Part shown: piece by piece, positions 37,464 through 45,798 of the stretch
Numbering within the stretch: the stretch's first letter is position 1
Layout of the letters: each line of letters starts with the position of its first letter
Assembly: GCA_045637165.1 (NCBI GenBank)
Contig: JAZTYU010000025.1
Location: forward strand, 5,565 to 69,564
Source: Candidatus Enterousia sp.
GTDB lineage: Bacteria; Pseudomonadota; Alphaproteobacteria; Rs-D84
DNA: 64,000 bases
Reading direction: 5' to 3'
Made by a program: the position numbers and the translations under genes
The notes under the pieces: model-generated
Told to the model about the DNA's origin: nothing
Database searches by the model: none
Seen by the model: only the letters and a program-made list of their open reading frames with translations

Positions 37464-38764
37464 GACATACTTTTATAGGTCTTTTTATCCAATGTATCGC
37501 CAAAGATATCACGCTTTTGCTGGGTCAAGGTTTCATACTGGTCGCTGGAAATAATACGCAATACAAAGCCAGGTTCATCCCGGGTTGATAAAACCGGAAC
37601 AATACGATGCTGGGATACACCATTATCAGTCAAAACCTGTTCGACAATTGCCAAGCGACGGGCCGCTAGTTTCCGTTCGTCCTTGCTTTTGGTCATATAC
37701 TGGGGGATTGCAACCTGAATTGCACGGGTTGGCTTGTTCACAACAATGCCCGCATATTCTGTCAGCAAATTATAGTTTTCACGTGAAAGTGCAGAATCTT
37801 CATTACGGAACTTGATTTTGATTTCCAGCGGACGAATTCCCGAGTCTTCGGATAAATCACGGCTGGCAGTAAAACCTTCGATTCCAGATGACATATCACT
37901 GGCGACATCAAAACTGTCATCAACAGAATATGTGGATAAATGTTTATTTTCCGACAAGAACGTTTTACGGAACGCCTTACGCAGTTCGGTCGGCGACATC
38001 TTGGTCATATCATCACGAACAGCGACAATACGGGGCGACGTTGTTTTTTCAACACTACGCACAACAACATCATCATTCATCGGAACGACCAAACGACGCA
38101 ACGATACAGATTCGTTCGATTTAGATGCTGACACTGTTTCAGCCGCTGCAATTTTCACAGGTTCTGGCTGAACAACCGGGCGTTCCGACACAGGTTCGGC
38201 AGCACTTGCAATCGGGGCAGCAATTACACGATTCGAAACCGTGCGAACACTGTCATTTGCACGTTTTTGCATTTCGACCAAGCGTGCAATCTGAGCATCA
38301 ATATCAGACGCCGGTTCTGTGGCAGCGGCAGTTGCTGCGACAGGCATAGCCTGGGGCTGTGGCAAAGCCGTGGCAATATGTTTATCCAAACTTTCTTCGG
38401 GCAATACAGAATCGGAACGAATAACCGAAAACTCATCAGGGCTTGGCATACGCAAGGCTAAATCCTGACGTGCCCACAAATCATTACTGGGGCGACGTGG
38501 CGTCAACACATCAGCAGCCGCAACAATAGCAGCACCAGAATCAATCGATTTTTCAACCGTTTTTGCAGAACGGGCAACAACAGAACGTGTGCGTGTTGGT
38601 GCAGTTTTTGCAACGACTGTTTTTGCAGGTTTTGACACATCTTCGCCAAAAGCACTGCGTGCAGAAACACCACCGGACGATAAATTCACAACCGGCAAAC
38701 GTGCGTTCGCCGCAGTCGGCAATACCAGACACACCGACAAGATACCAAATGTAAGATGACGCAT
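37457..38764 (-). CDS. Secreted protein with degenerate OmpA-like C-terminal domain
   Basis: 435 aa. Signal peptide (LVLPTAANA), a long A/V/S/R/P-rich low-complexity region, and a C-terminus (LEIKIKFRNEDSALS...ERKLAARRLAIVEQVLTDNGVSQHRIVPV) resembling the OmpA_C/MotB fold pattern. Confidence 0.55.
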   Translation of the reverse strand: MRHLTFGILSVCLVLPTAANARLPVVNLSSGGVSARSAFGEDVSKPAKTVVAKTAPTRTRSVVARSAKTVEKSIDSGAAIVAAADVLTPRRPSNDLWARQDLALRMPSPDEFSVIRSDSVLPEESLDKHIATALPQPQAMPVAATAAATEPASDIDAQIARLVEMQKRANDSVRTVSNRVIAAPIASAAEPVSERPVVQPEPVKIAAAETVSASKSNESVSLRRLVVPMNDDVVVRSVEKTTSPRIVAVRDDMTKMSPTELRKAFRKTFLSENKHLSTYSVDDSFDVASDMSSGIEGFTASRDLSEDSGIRPLEIKIKFRNEDSALSRENYNLLTEYAGIVVNKPTRAIQVAIPQYMTKSKDERKLAARRLAIVEQVLTDNGVSQHRIVPVLSTRDEPGFVLRIISSDQYETLTQQKRDIFGDTLDKKTYKSMSW

Positions 38765-38829
38765 TTTCCTTTCCTTCCGTTGTAATCATAGAACAAATCA
38801 CGAATCGTCTGCAAGTGGAAAATAACGTA

Positions 38830-38856
38830 AAAAAATCCCCCGATTGGGGGAATTAT
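38830..38856 (-). terminator. Hairpin terminator
   Basis: ATCCCCC-gatt-GGGGGAAT with an A7 run. Confidence 0.7.
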
Positions 38857-38860
38857 CTTT

Positions 38861-39565
38861 TTACAACTGAACTTTGCCGTTTGTTGCAACTAAATCTGCC
38901 ATCATTTCGATATGACCACCGGCCTCACGCACAATAAGGTCGCCAGCTGCAATTTCAGCATAATTTAAAACATCAGATACGAATGCATCAAATTTACCGG
39001 CTGCAACCCACGCCAAATCCAACGCAGGACACCCTGTGCGACGAACATCACCAATTTCAGGACGCGAATCAGTTGTGTTATACGCAACCGTCAACTGGTC
39101 GGCGTCAGATAACTTGGACGTTTTCAGGCGTGCAGAATGATATGCCGAAAATACGTATGCACCACGTTCAACCTCTGCATAATACAGACGTTCATCGATT
39201 GGTGAATAAATCAAAGCGATTTTTGTTTCATCATTTGAACGCAACGCCAACGATATTGCAAAGTGCGGATTACCACGAACAAAATTTGACGCCCCAGACA
39301 ACGCCAAAACAAATTCGTCACGACCGTCGCCTTCGTGAACAGCATTTGGTGTCAACAAACCTGCTGATGGACGAACCAATAACAGGTCTTTTAATATACT
39401 TTCTTCGATACGGGCAGACGCCTTTTGCACAAAATCATGTGCGCTGCGTAGGGATTGTTGCAGGTTTTCAACTTCGCCAAAATCACGACGCAACGATGCA
39501 CCAGTGCGTTGCAATGCAGCAAACATTTTATTTAATTCTATTGAACCTTTTATCAACAATTCCAT
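38861..39565 (-). CDS. Inositol monophosphatase (SuhB) family protein with degenerate active site
   Basis: Family pattern ..NFVRGNPHFAISLAL.. and ..LDLAWVAAGKFDAFV..IAAGDLIVREAGG. The DPxDGT metal motif is replaced by ALSGAS. ATG 39565 with a GGGGGA SD (the track start is a TTG at 39583). Confidence 0.7.
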   Translation of the reverse strand: MELLIKGSIELNKMFAALQRTGASLRRDFGEVENLQQSLRSAHDFVQKASARIEESILKDLLLVRPSAGLLTPNAVHEGDGRDEFVLALSGASNFVRGNPHFAISLALRSNDETKIALIYSPIDERLYYAEVERGAYVFSAYHSARLKTSKLSDADQLTVAYNTTDSRPEIGDVRRTGCPALDLAWVAAGKFDAFVSDVLNYAEIAAGDLIVREAGGHIEMMADLVATNGKVQL

Positions 39566-39616
39566 CTTGCCGTCCCCCGTCAAGCATATGTTATGTTCAG
39601 TTTTTTGGGTTTAATC

Positions 39617-39829
39617 TTAGAAATTAAAGCCAGCAAATTTTGTTTTGAATTCTGCTGCACGTTGGCCCTTTTCACCAGCGTTTGAACGCTGACCAGTCCA
39701 TGCAGAATGGTTCAAGTTATCTGTTGACAAGATGTAATCTTTTTTAACAGATGAATAGATTACAATTGTAGAACCGTCAGTACGTGTGACGTTGTTCGCA
39801 TAGTATTCTGGATGAATCCCTTGTTTCAT
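39617..39829 (-). CDS. rpmE: 50S ribosomal protein L31
   Basis: 70 aa. MKQGIHPEYY start. Confidence 0.9.
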   Translation of the reverse strand: MKQGIHPEYYANNVTRTDGSTIVIYSSVKKDYILSTDNLNHSAWTGQRSNAGEKGQRAAEFKTKFAGFNF

Positions 39830-39904
39830 AGTATTTACCTTTGTTTAAATTTTAGCCTGTGAATTATACAAGGATTTTTATAAAAATCAAGCGATAATAG
39901 CACG

Positions 39905-40414
39905 TTAATATCTACCAATACACCCAAGATATGAATTTCCCGTCGATTCCAGAACATTTATAAACTGATTCTGATTGCGACCAGAAAAAAGTGCCAATAT
40001 TGTGCCAGAGTCCGTCGCCAGCATATCCGAAACAGTCGCAATCGTGGAATTCATCTGTTTGAAAAAGCCGCTGGTCGGATAAATTTCAGCCGCCAACAGT
40101 TGGGTTTGACCACGGGGACGGGCGTTTTTGCGTGATTCAATTACCATCAACTGGCATTCTGGGGATATTATCAGTTTGTCGCTGACAATACCATCACCAC
40201 CCAATAATTCACCCCACCAACCAGTAGAACCACAAAATACGGGGTAGTAAATTACCACATTTGGATTCGCAGACAACACCGCCGCAATGTCGATATCATC
40301 AGTGCATACGTCCGGCATTATCCCAGTCGAATTATTGATAACTTTGCGTGCCAACTGGTATTCGCTATCCCCAGTTGTTCGCCGTGGCCAGTAAAGAATC
40401 GGAAACTTTGTCAT
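39905..40414 (-). CDS. Hypothetical protein (169 aa)
   Basis: An ORF between the membrane-protein array and rpmE. No terminator lies before rpmE. No recognisable domain. Confidence 0.5.
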   Translation of the reverse strand: MTKFPILYWPRRTTGDSEYQLARKVINNSTGIMPDVCTDDIDIAAVLSANPNVVIYYPVFCGSTGWWGELLGGDGIVSDKLIISPECQLMVIESRKNARPRGQTQLLAAEIYPTSGFFKQMNSTIATVSDMLATDSGTILALFSGRNQNQFINVLESTGNSYLGCIGRY

Positions 40415-40482
40415 TGCTATGAATTATATCAGATTCGGATTTTATAAAAAAGGGGGGCAGGTTAAATAAAGCACTTGATTTT

Positions 40483-41772
40483 TTATTTTTTCATTGTCTC
40501 ATACCATTTTTTAAGGTTTTGCCACACTATATCAATGTTCTTTTTGGTTGTGTCATAGAAGTCTGTGGATATCTGAACGTTAAATAAACTCTTGGCCAGG
40601 GCAGGAATCAACGTCATAAACATCGCAATAAATATGCCCATCAAGATTATTGTTATCAGGCTGTCATTACGCATCATCAAGGCGTCCATTAAAAATTTCG
40701 AATCGTTTTGTGTCAATGCTGTCGCCAATGCAGGTGCCCCTGCCCAGTCGCCAAATATCGCATTCAGAAACATTACTGCAAACGCTACAAACACACCTGT
40801 TATCGCCAAGCCAAGTGTTGCAGATATAACATAATCAATTATTCCACGAATCGTATTACCAGCCCCAGCAAGCGATATTTTCCAGCCCTTGAACAGCCAC
40901 GCCAGTAGCATTAGCGGCAGCATTACCAAGTCCATCGCCAGGGTTATAAAGATTTCTAGGAAATACAATGGAATTGGTAACAACGCCATAAAAAACAAGA
41001 CCAGTATCGCAAGCCCTGCAAAAAACATTATGACATTTGGAAAGATCGGAATCTCCCACATAATTGTATGCATATAATCCGTATCAAATGCCATATTCAA
41101 CATCGTCCAACCAACCGTCATACCCAAACCTGTCATCTGATGAACACCAGATAACTCACACGCCAGGTTATGACGCAATTTCGGTGAAAACGTCCCAGAA
41201 TTTGATGCAGCAGCATCAATCGATGTCGAATCTGCCAGTGCCGTCGCAACAACACATGCATCAAAGCCATCTTCGTGAACAATCGCCCTGTTTAGCGAAA
41301 GACCTATGTTAAAAACAGGTTCTATCGCAATTTCAGATATCATTCGTGGCAGTGGGGCGACCAATAATGCAGCAACAACCCCCAGTTTGAACAAATGTGT
41401 TGTAAAAGTGTTTGCGATTGACCAGGGGCCTTGAATTTTCTGATTCATAAAGCCATCAAGCAATTTCCACGCAAACCAAGTAGCAGACAGAATTATCGCA
41501 AACGGAATAATTACACCACCCAACGAATGATAAACCTTGGGTAATAAATTCGACATCGTTGCCATAATGTCAGAAAACATACTGCACGTCCAACAACTGG
41601 AAAAAAACTGATACGCACTGGACATATCAACAGGAACAGTGCTGCGATAAATCGCAAAACCAGCAAGAACACCAACGCCTGCAATGCCGCCAACAACAAA
41701 CGGTGCAACCGCACCCGCCGTAAATGGCAAGAAAGACAAAAACGTAATCCAAAATTTTTTTATACGATTCAT
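40483..41772 (-). CDS. VirB6/TrbL-like polytopic membrane protein, paralog 1 of 5 (divergent copy)
   Basis: It shares family motifs with the four downstream paralogs: N-terminal CWTCSMFSDIM..., IEPVFNIGLSL, a loop Cys pair, 5-6 TM helices, and a K/W-rich tail (VWQNLKKWYETMKK). Start taken at ATG 41772; the track TTG 41802 is the alternative. Confidence 0.55.
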   Translation of the reverse strand: MNRIKKFWITFLSFLPFTAGAVAPFVVGGIAGVGVLAGFAIYRSTVPVDMSSAYQFFSSCWTCSMFSDIMATMSNLLPKVYHSLGGVIIPFAIILSATWFAWKLLDGFMNQKIQGPWSIANTFTTHLFKLGVVAALLVAPLPRMISEIAIEPVFNIGLSLNRAIVHEDGFDACVVATALADSTSIDAAASNSGTFSPKLRHNLACELSGVHQMTGLGMTVGWTMLNMAFDTDYMHTIMWEIPIFPNVIMFFAGLAILVLFFMALLPIPLYFLEIFITLAMDLVMLPLMLLAWLFKGWKISLAGAGNTIRGIIDYVISATLGLAITGVFVAFAVMFLNAIFGDWAGAPALATALTQNDSKFLMDALMMRNDSLITIILMGIFIAMFMTLIPALAKSLFNVQISTDFYDTTKKNIDIVWQNLKKWYETMKK

Positions 41773-41782
41773 TGCTTTTAAG

Positions 41783-41812
41783 TATATCACATTTTGTCCC
41801 AAATGTGATATA
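41783..41812. promoter_or_regulatory. Perfect 12-bp inverted repeat (candidate operator) in the divergent promoter region
   Basis: TATATCACATTT-tgtccc-AAATGTGATATA. It overlaps a TATAAT -10 box (41809-41814) facing the 4-gene operon and a TATACT box on the other strand. Confidence 0.55.
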
Positions 41813-41841
41813 ATTGAAATAATAAATATAAATTATAGAGA

Positions 41842-43110
41842 ATGTATATATTAAAAAAACTGTTCTGGGTTTGTGTTTTTGCGGGGGTGTTTTGCACGCC
41901 TGGGTCAGCATTTGCAGGAAACATCATTGATGCATTAAACCTGGCACCGTTTGTTTCGATGGTGCTGGACGCTTTTATGATGGTCGCAACAGGAACATAC
42001 GAATTTTTTGTCGGTAATGGCGACGGGATTATATATATTTTGATTTGGATGTTTTTAGGGCTGACCATTGCATTGGCATTGGCAAAAATGTATATGCCAA
42101 AGGCATGGGCAGGATTACTGGGTATGTCGGGCGGTGGCGAAATCGAAAGCGGAAAAATCACCGGAACTAAAATTATTGAAAATGTTATGAAGCCCGGTTT
42201 TCGTGCAATTATTGCAACGGTATTATTGTTGCAAATTAAACCTGTGTTTCTGACAGAATGGCTGATAAATCCTTTTTTACAACTGGGGTCAATTTATACA
42301 AACGCACTGACAGAAACAATCAATCAGCCAGGAATGAAAGGTCCAGAATTAAAATGCCCACCAGAGATTGTTGAAAAAGCTTGGATTTCCGAAGATTCAT
42401 GCAACTTTTTAATCCAGCCTGTGTCCGATTTGTCAAATGCAAACAACCAAATTATCAAGCGTGGTTTCGATTCGCTGACCAGCGGTTTGTTGGGACTGAT
42501 TACACTGGTACCACATGGGGGCGAAGACTTCTTGAACGTGATAACAGGTCTGGTTTTAATCATAACCTTTGTGGGCAGTAATTTGTTTATGGCCCTGCTG
42601 ATTATCCAGGGAATATTTAATATTGGCATGCAGTTGATTTTATATCCGTTCTTTGTGCTGACATATGTGTTCAAGTCAAGCGATAAATGGCTGGATGTGT
42701 GGCCGGCATTTGGCGGTATAACCAAGGCGTTGCAACAACTGATTATCACAATGATTGCCTGTGCATTTATGCTGTGTGTAAATTTGGCAATTATTCATGC
42801 GTTATTTGATTGGAACTCGTCTGTTTTTGTTGTCGCAGCAGGTGGAACAGCGACCAGCAACATCCCAACAGTCGGAACAGGAGCAATGGGATTTGGCGAA
42901 CATTCTGTAACCTGGATGTCGGCAATACTGACGTTCTATTTGTTCTTTAAAATTTATGATATCACACAAAAACAACTGAAAAAGTATATCGGTGGGGGAA
43001 TGGACGGACTGTATAACAGTGTAAAGTCTGATTCTAAAACGCTGTGGGCAGGTGCAAAAAAATGGGGAACAAATATCGGCAAGGCCGCCGGTTGGATAAA
43101 AGGAAAATAA
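41842..43110 (+). CDS. VirB6/TrbL-like polytopic membrane protein, paralog 2 of 5
   Basis: 422 aa. Signal-like N-terminus, INPFLQLGSIY motif, loop Cys pair (KCPPE...SCNF), multiple TM helices, K/W-rich tail (LWAGAKKWGTNIGKAAGWIKGK). Confidence 0.55.
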   Translation: MYILKKLFWVCVFAGVFCTPGSAFAGNIIDALNLAPFVSMVLDAFMMVATGTYEFFVGNGDGIIYILIWMFLGLTIALALAKMYMPKAWAGLLGMSGGGEIESGKITGTKIIENVMKPGFRAIIATVLLLQIKPVFLTEWLINPFLQLGSIYTNALTETINQPGMKGPELKCPPEIVEKAWISEDSCNFLIQPVSDLSNANNQIIKRGFDSLTSGLLGLITLVPHGGEDFLNVITGLVLIITFVGSNLFMALLIIQGIFNIGMQLILYPFFVLTYVFKSSDKWLDVWPAFGGITKALQQLIITMIACAFMLCVNLAIIHALFDWNSSVFVVAAGGTATSNIPTVGTGAMGFGEHSVTWMSAILTFYLFFKIYDITQKQLKKYIGGGMDGLYNSVKSDSKTLWAGAKKWGTNIGKAAGWIKGK

Positions 43111-43117
43111 ATAAACA

Positions 43118-44305
43118 ATGAATAATTGGTTGGGAAACTTGGTCGATAATACTGTGCAGTGTTGGGGCTGCGAGATATTTGACAGACTGTTTCAGATTGT
43201 GTCTGATGCAGCCGCCAATGTTTACAACCAGTTTGCGTTTGTATGCACCGTTTTATTCTGTGTGTTGTTTGCGTTCTTTGTATTAAACGCAGTTTGGAAA
43301 AGCATCAAAGGCGGTGGAACAGACCCACTTTATACAAAATCTGTGCAAAAGGTTTTTATCAACGCAATTGTATGTATCGGTTTTTTAGGTATGGGGGTGG
43401 CACTGCCACGATTTATAACAACTGTTACATTTGAACCTGCTGCACAAATCGCAATGACATATACCCAGGCAATGATAAACCTGGACCAGGAACAGGTTGC
43501 AGAAAAAATTACATACAAACCTATGAAAATGTCAGACGATGGTTTTTATCGCCCAGAACTGCGTGATAAAATTATTATGCTGATGAAAACAACTATCACA
43601 CAATTCCAGTCGTATATAAAACTGGGGATTGCAGTTATGGATTCGGCTTTTTCATGGAAGGCTCTGTTGGGTGTTGGCAGTTTAATAAAACACATTATCT
43701 TGTTTGTTATTGGGGCATATTTGTCGTGGTATTTCTTTAAGATGTTTTTCAGATTTTGCTGCTATTTTGCAGACATTATTATTGCAATGGTGTTTTTTGC
43801 GTTCTTTTTCCCATTATCATTAGCACTGTATTCATTCAAAGGGGCAGATAATGTGCCGGGTTGGATTGGCGGACTGGGCAAGACAATTGGTATCGGACAA
43901 TTTAAAAACTTGATAAACGCAATTATAACGTTGGCCTCAACCGTTATAACATACACAGTAATTATGGTTATCATCGCAAAGTTCTTTTCTGCACCAGGGG
44001 CATCAAACGCTGATTTGATGGCCGCAATTACCACAGGACAAATTTTTGATGCAGATTTAAACACTGAAAATTTACAAGCGTTGACATTGGCCAGTTGTTT
44101 GATTCTAACATATGTGTTGAACTTTATTTACGGACAAATTCCACAGGTTACAAAAATGATTCTGTCGGTATTTGGGGTCGATGAAAGTAAAACAAATAGT
44201 GAAAAGTTGGCAGACGATATGATGAATCTGACAAAAACTGTTTGGGACACAACAAAAAAAGTCGGTGAAGCAATTATTACAGGCGGGGAAAAAGATAAAA
44301 AATAA
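43118..44305 (+). CDS. VirB6/TrbL-like polytopic membrane protein, paralog 3 of 5
   Basis: 395 aa. The N-terminal layout CWGCEIFDRLFQIVSDAAANVYNQF, then a TM, then AVWKSIKGGG and VQKVFINAIVCIGFLG mirrors the N-terminal helix / TM1 / basic-Gly turn / TM2 pattern of VirB6. Tail VWDTTKKVGEAIITGGEKDKK. Confidence 0.58.
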   Translation: MNNWLGNLVDNTVQCWGCEIFDRLFQIVSDAAANVYNQFAFVCTVLFCVLFAFFVLNAVWKSIKGGGTDPLYTKSVQKVFINAIVCIGFLGMGVALPRFITTVTFEPAAQIAMTYTQAMINLDQEQVAEKITYKPMKMSDDGFYRPELRDKIIMLMKTTITQFQSYIKLGIAVMDSAFSWKALLGVGSLIKHIILFVIGAYLSWYFFKMFFRFCCYFADIIIAMVFFAFFFPLSLALYSFKGADNVPGWIGGLGKTIGIGQFKNLINAIITLASTVITYTVIMVIIAKFFSAPGASNADLMAAITTGQIFDADLNTENLQALTLASCLILTYVLNFIYGQIPQVTKMILSVFGVDESKTNSEKLADDMMNLTKTVWDTTKKVGEAIITGGEKDKK

Positions 44306-45798
44306 TGTTAAAAGCACAACTAATCTTGGTCGCTGTTAGATTCTTGATGGGGGCAATCGCATTAGGAATTGGAGTGTGGTATTTGTCATCATCAATCGGT
44401 GGTGCTGCACTGACATATACAAACATGGGAAATTTTCTGACCGCAATCGGTGTTGAAAACGGCGATATCGCCAGTGCAAATGCGTGCTTTATGTGTGGAT
44501 ATATCGCAGACTTGTTTTCAATAATCGGGGACGCAACCGAACGCTTTTGGAATTTGATGGTAAAAAATATTTGGGTGCTGGTGGCAGTTGGTTTTGGCAT
44601 CTTTATGTTTATCCACACTGTTCAATACATCTTTGACCACGCAAAGAAAACAATAAACTATGAAAAGCCAACAGAACACAAGATTGAATTCAAGGCCTGG
44701 TGGGACAAGGTTTGGAAGTTGGGTGTGCGAATTATGATTGTTGGGACCCTTATGGGGGCATTGGGTATGGGCGGTACCAGCGCACTGCGTAGTGTTTCAC
44801 AGATAACAATTACACCCGTTCTATATATGGGGGCAGAACTGGGTATGATTGCGTCCGGGGTGTCAGAGGCTGCCGATTGCGGTGCGTTAAGCAATGTCCA
44901 GTCTGGCAACAAATCAGACGATATCTTAAATCCAATTATGCAACCGTTTATGTGCGTAATGGGAAATATAAACAGCGTTATGCTGGCCGGGGCAGCAGGT
45001 GGTTTTTCAATGATGAATTATGCCTGGCTGGATTTAGGCGGTGGTGTGTTGACGTGGGTTGCAGGCTTGGTGCTGGTGTTGATGTTCCTGGTTATTGGAT
45101 TTGACCTGTTCTTTCAAATACTGTCAATTGTGTTTAAACTGGTCTTTATAATCATATTTATGCCATTACTGTTGGCGGCAAGTGCGTTTGAAGGAACTTG
45201 GTCCAAGGCAAGCGGTCTGGTCAGCAAGGCAATCGGAATGCTGGTGTCGTCTGCGGTGAGAATTGTCGCAATCACATTAAAGGTCTTGGTGATATACGCA
45301 ACTGTTTCATATACTGCTGACGCATATTTCCCAGGACCACGTGATGGATATAGTGTGGTCTTGCCACCAATGATGGGTCAAAAAATCGAAAATCCTGATG
45401 CACAAACGCTGTCTGTGATTGACGTATTTGCAACCTGCGAACAGGTGGCGTTGGTTGACGGTGAAATGGACAAGGATTTATTCAAAAACTGTTTCAATGC
45501 ACGCAAAGCTCAGGTCGAACGGTCTTATCCAGGGGCATTTGATTTCTTGGCCGACGGGTGGGAATTTTTGTTGATGATGGTATTCTTGTTCTTTTTATAC
45601 TATTACGCAATCAGTCCAAAAATTGACAAACTGTTGCCAAATGGTGGTGTTAAATTGCCAATACCTGGCGAAAACAGCAATGTGGCCACAGGTGAAACGT
45701 TTGACTTTGGTGCGTGGGTGCATGACCTGGGGCAAAAGATGTGGGCGGTGCCTGTGCAGATTACAGAAAAAATCACCAAGGCAATGGGTAAAAAATAA
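44305..45798 (+). CDS. VirB6/TrbL-like polytopic membrane protein, paralog 4 of 5
   Basis: 497 aa. CFMCGYIADLFSIIGDATERFW, ITPVLYMGAEL, a loop Cys pair, many TM helices, tail MWAVPVQITEKITKAMGKK. The start overlaps the previous stop (TAATG). Confidence 0.55.
   Translation: MLKAQLILVAVRFLMGAIALGIGVWYLSSSIGGAALTYTNMGNFLTAIGVENGDIASANACFMCGYIADLFSIIGDATERFWNLMVKNIWVLVAVGFGIFMFIHTVQYIFDHAKKTINYEKPTEHKIEFKAWWDKVWKLGVRIMIVGTLMGALGMGGTSALRSVSQITITPVLYMGAELGMIASGVSEAADCGALSNVQSGNKSDDILNPIMQPFMCVMGNINSVMLAGAAGGFSMMNYAWLDLGGGVLTWVAGLVLVLMFLVIGFDLFFQILSIVFKLVFIIIFMPLLLAASAFEGTWSKASGLVSKAIGMLVSSAVRIVAITLKVLVIYATVSYTADAYFPGPRDGYSVVLPPMMGQKIENPDAQTLSVIDVFATCEQVALVDGEMDKDLFKNCFNARKAQVERSYPGAFDFLADGWEFLLMMVFLFFLYYYAISPKIDKLLPNGGVKLPIPGENSNVATGETFDFGAWVHDLGQKMWAVPVQITEKITKAMGKK

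Noticed and set aside
41787-42161. 124-aa minus-strand ORF overlapping the start of paralog 2
   Set aside because: It overlaps a well-supported membrane-protein gene in antisense and crosses the divergent promoter and palindrome. The composition is typical of a shadow frame.
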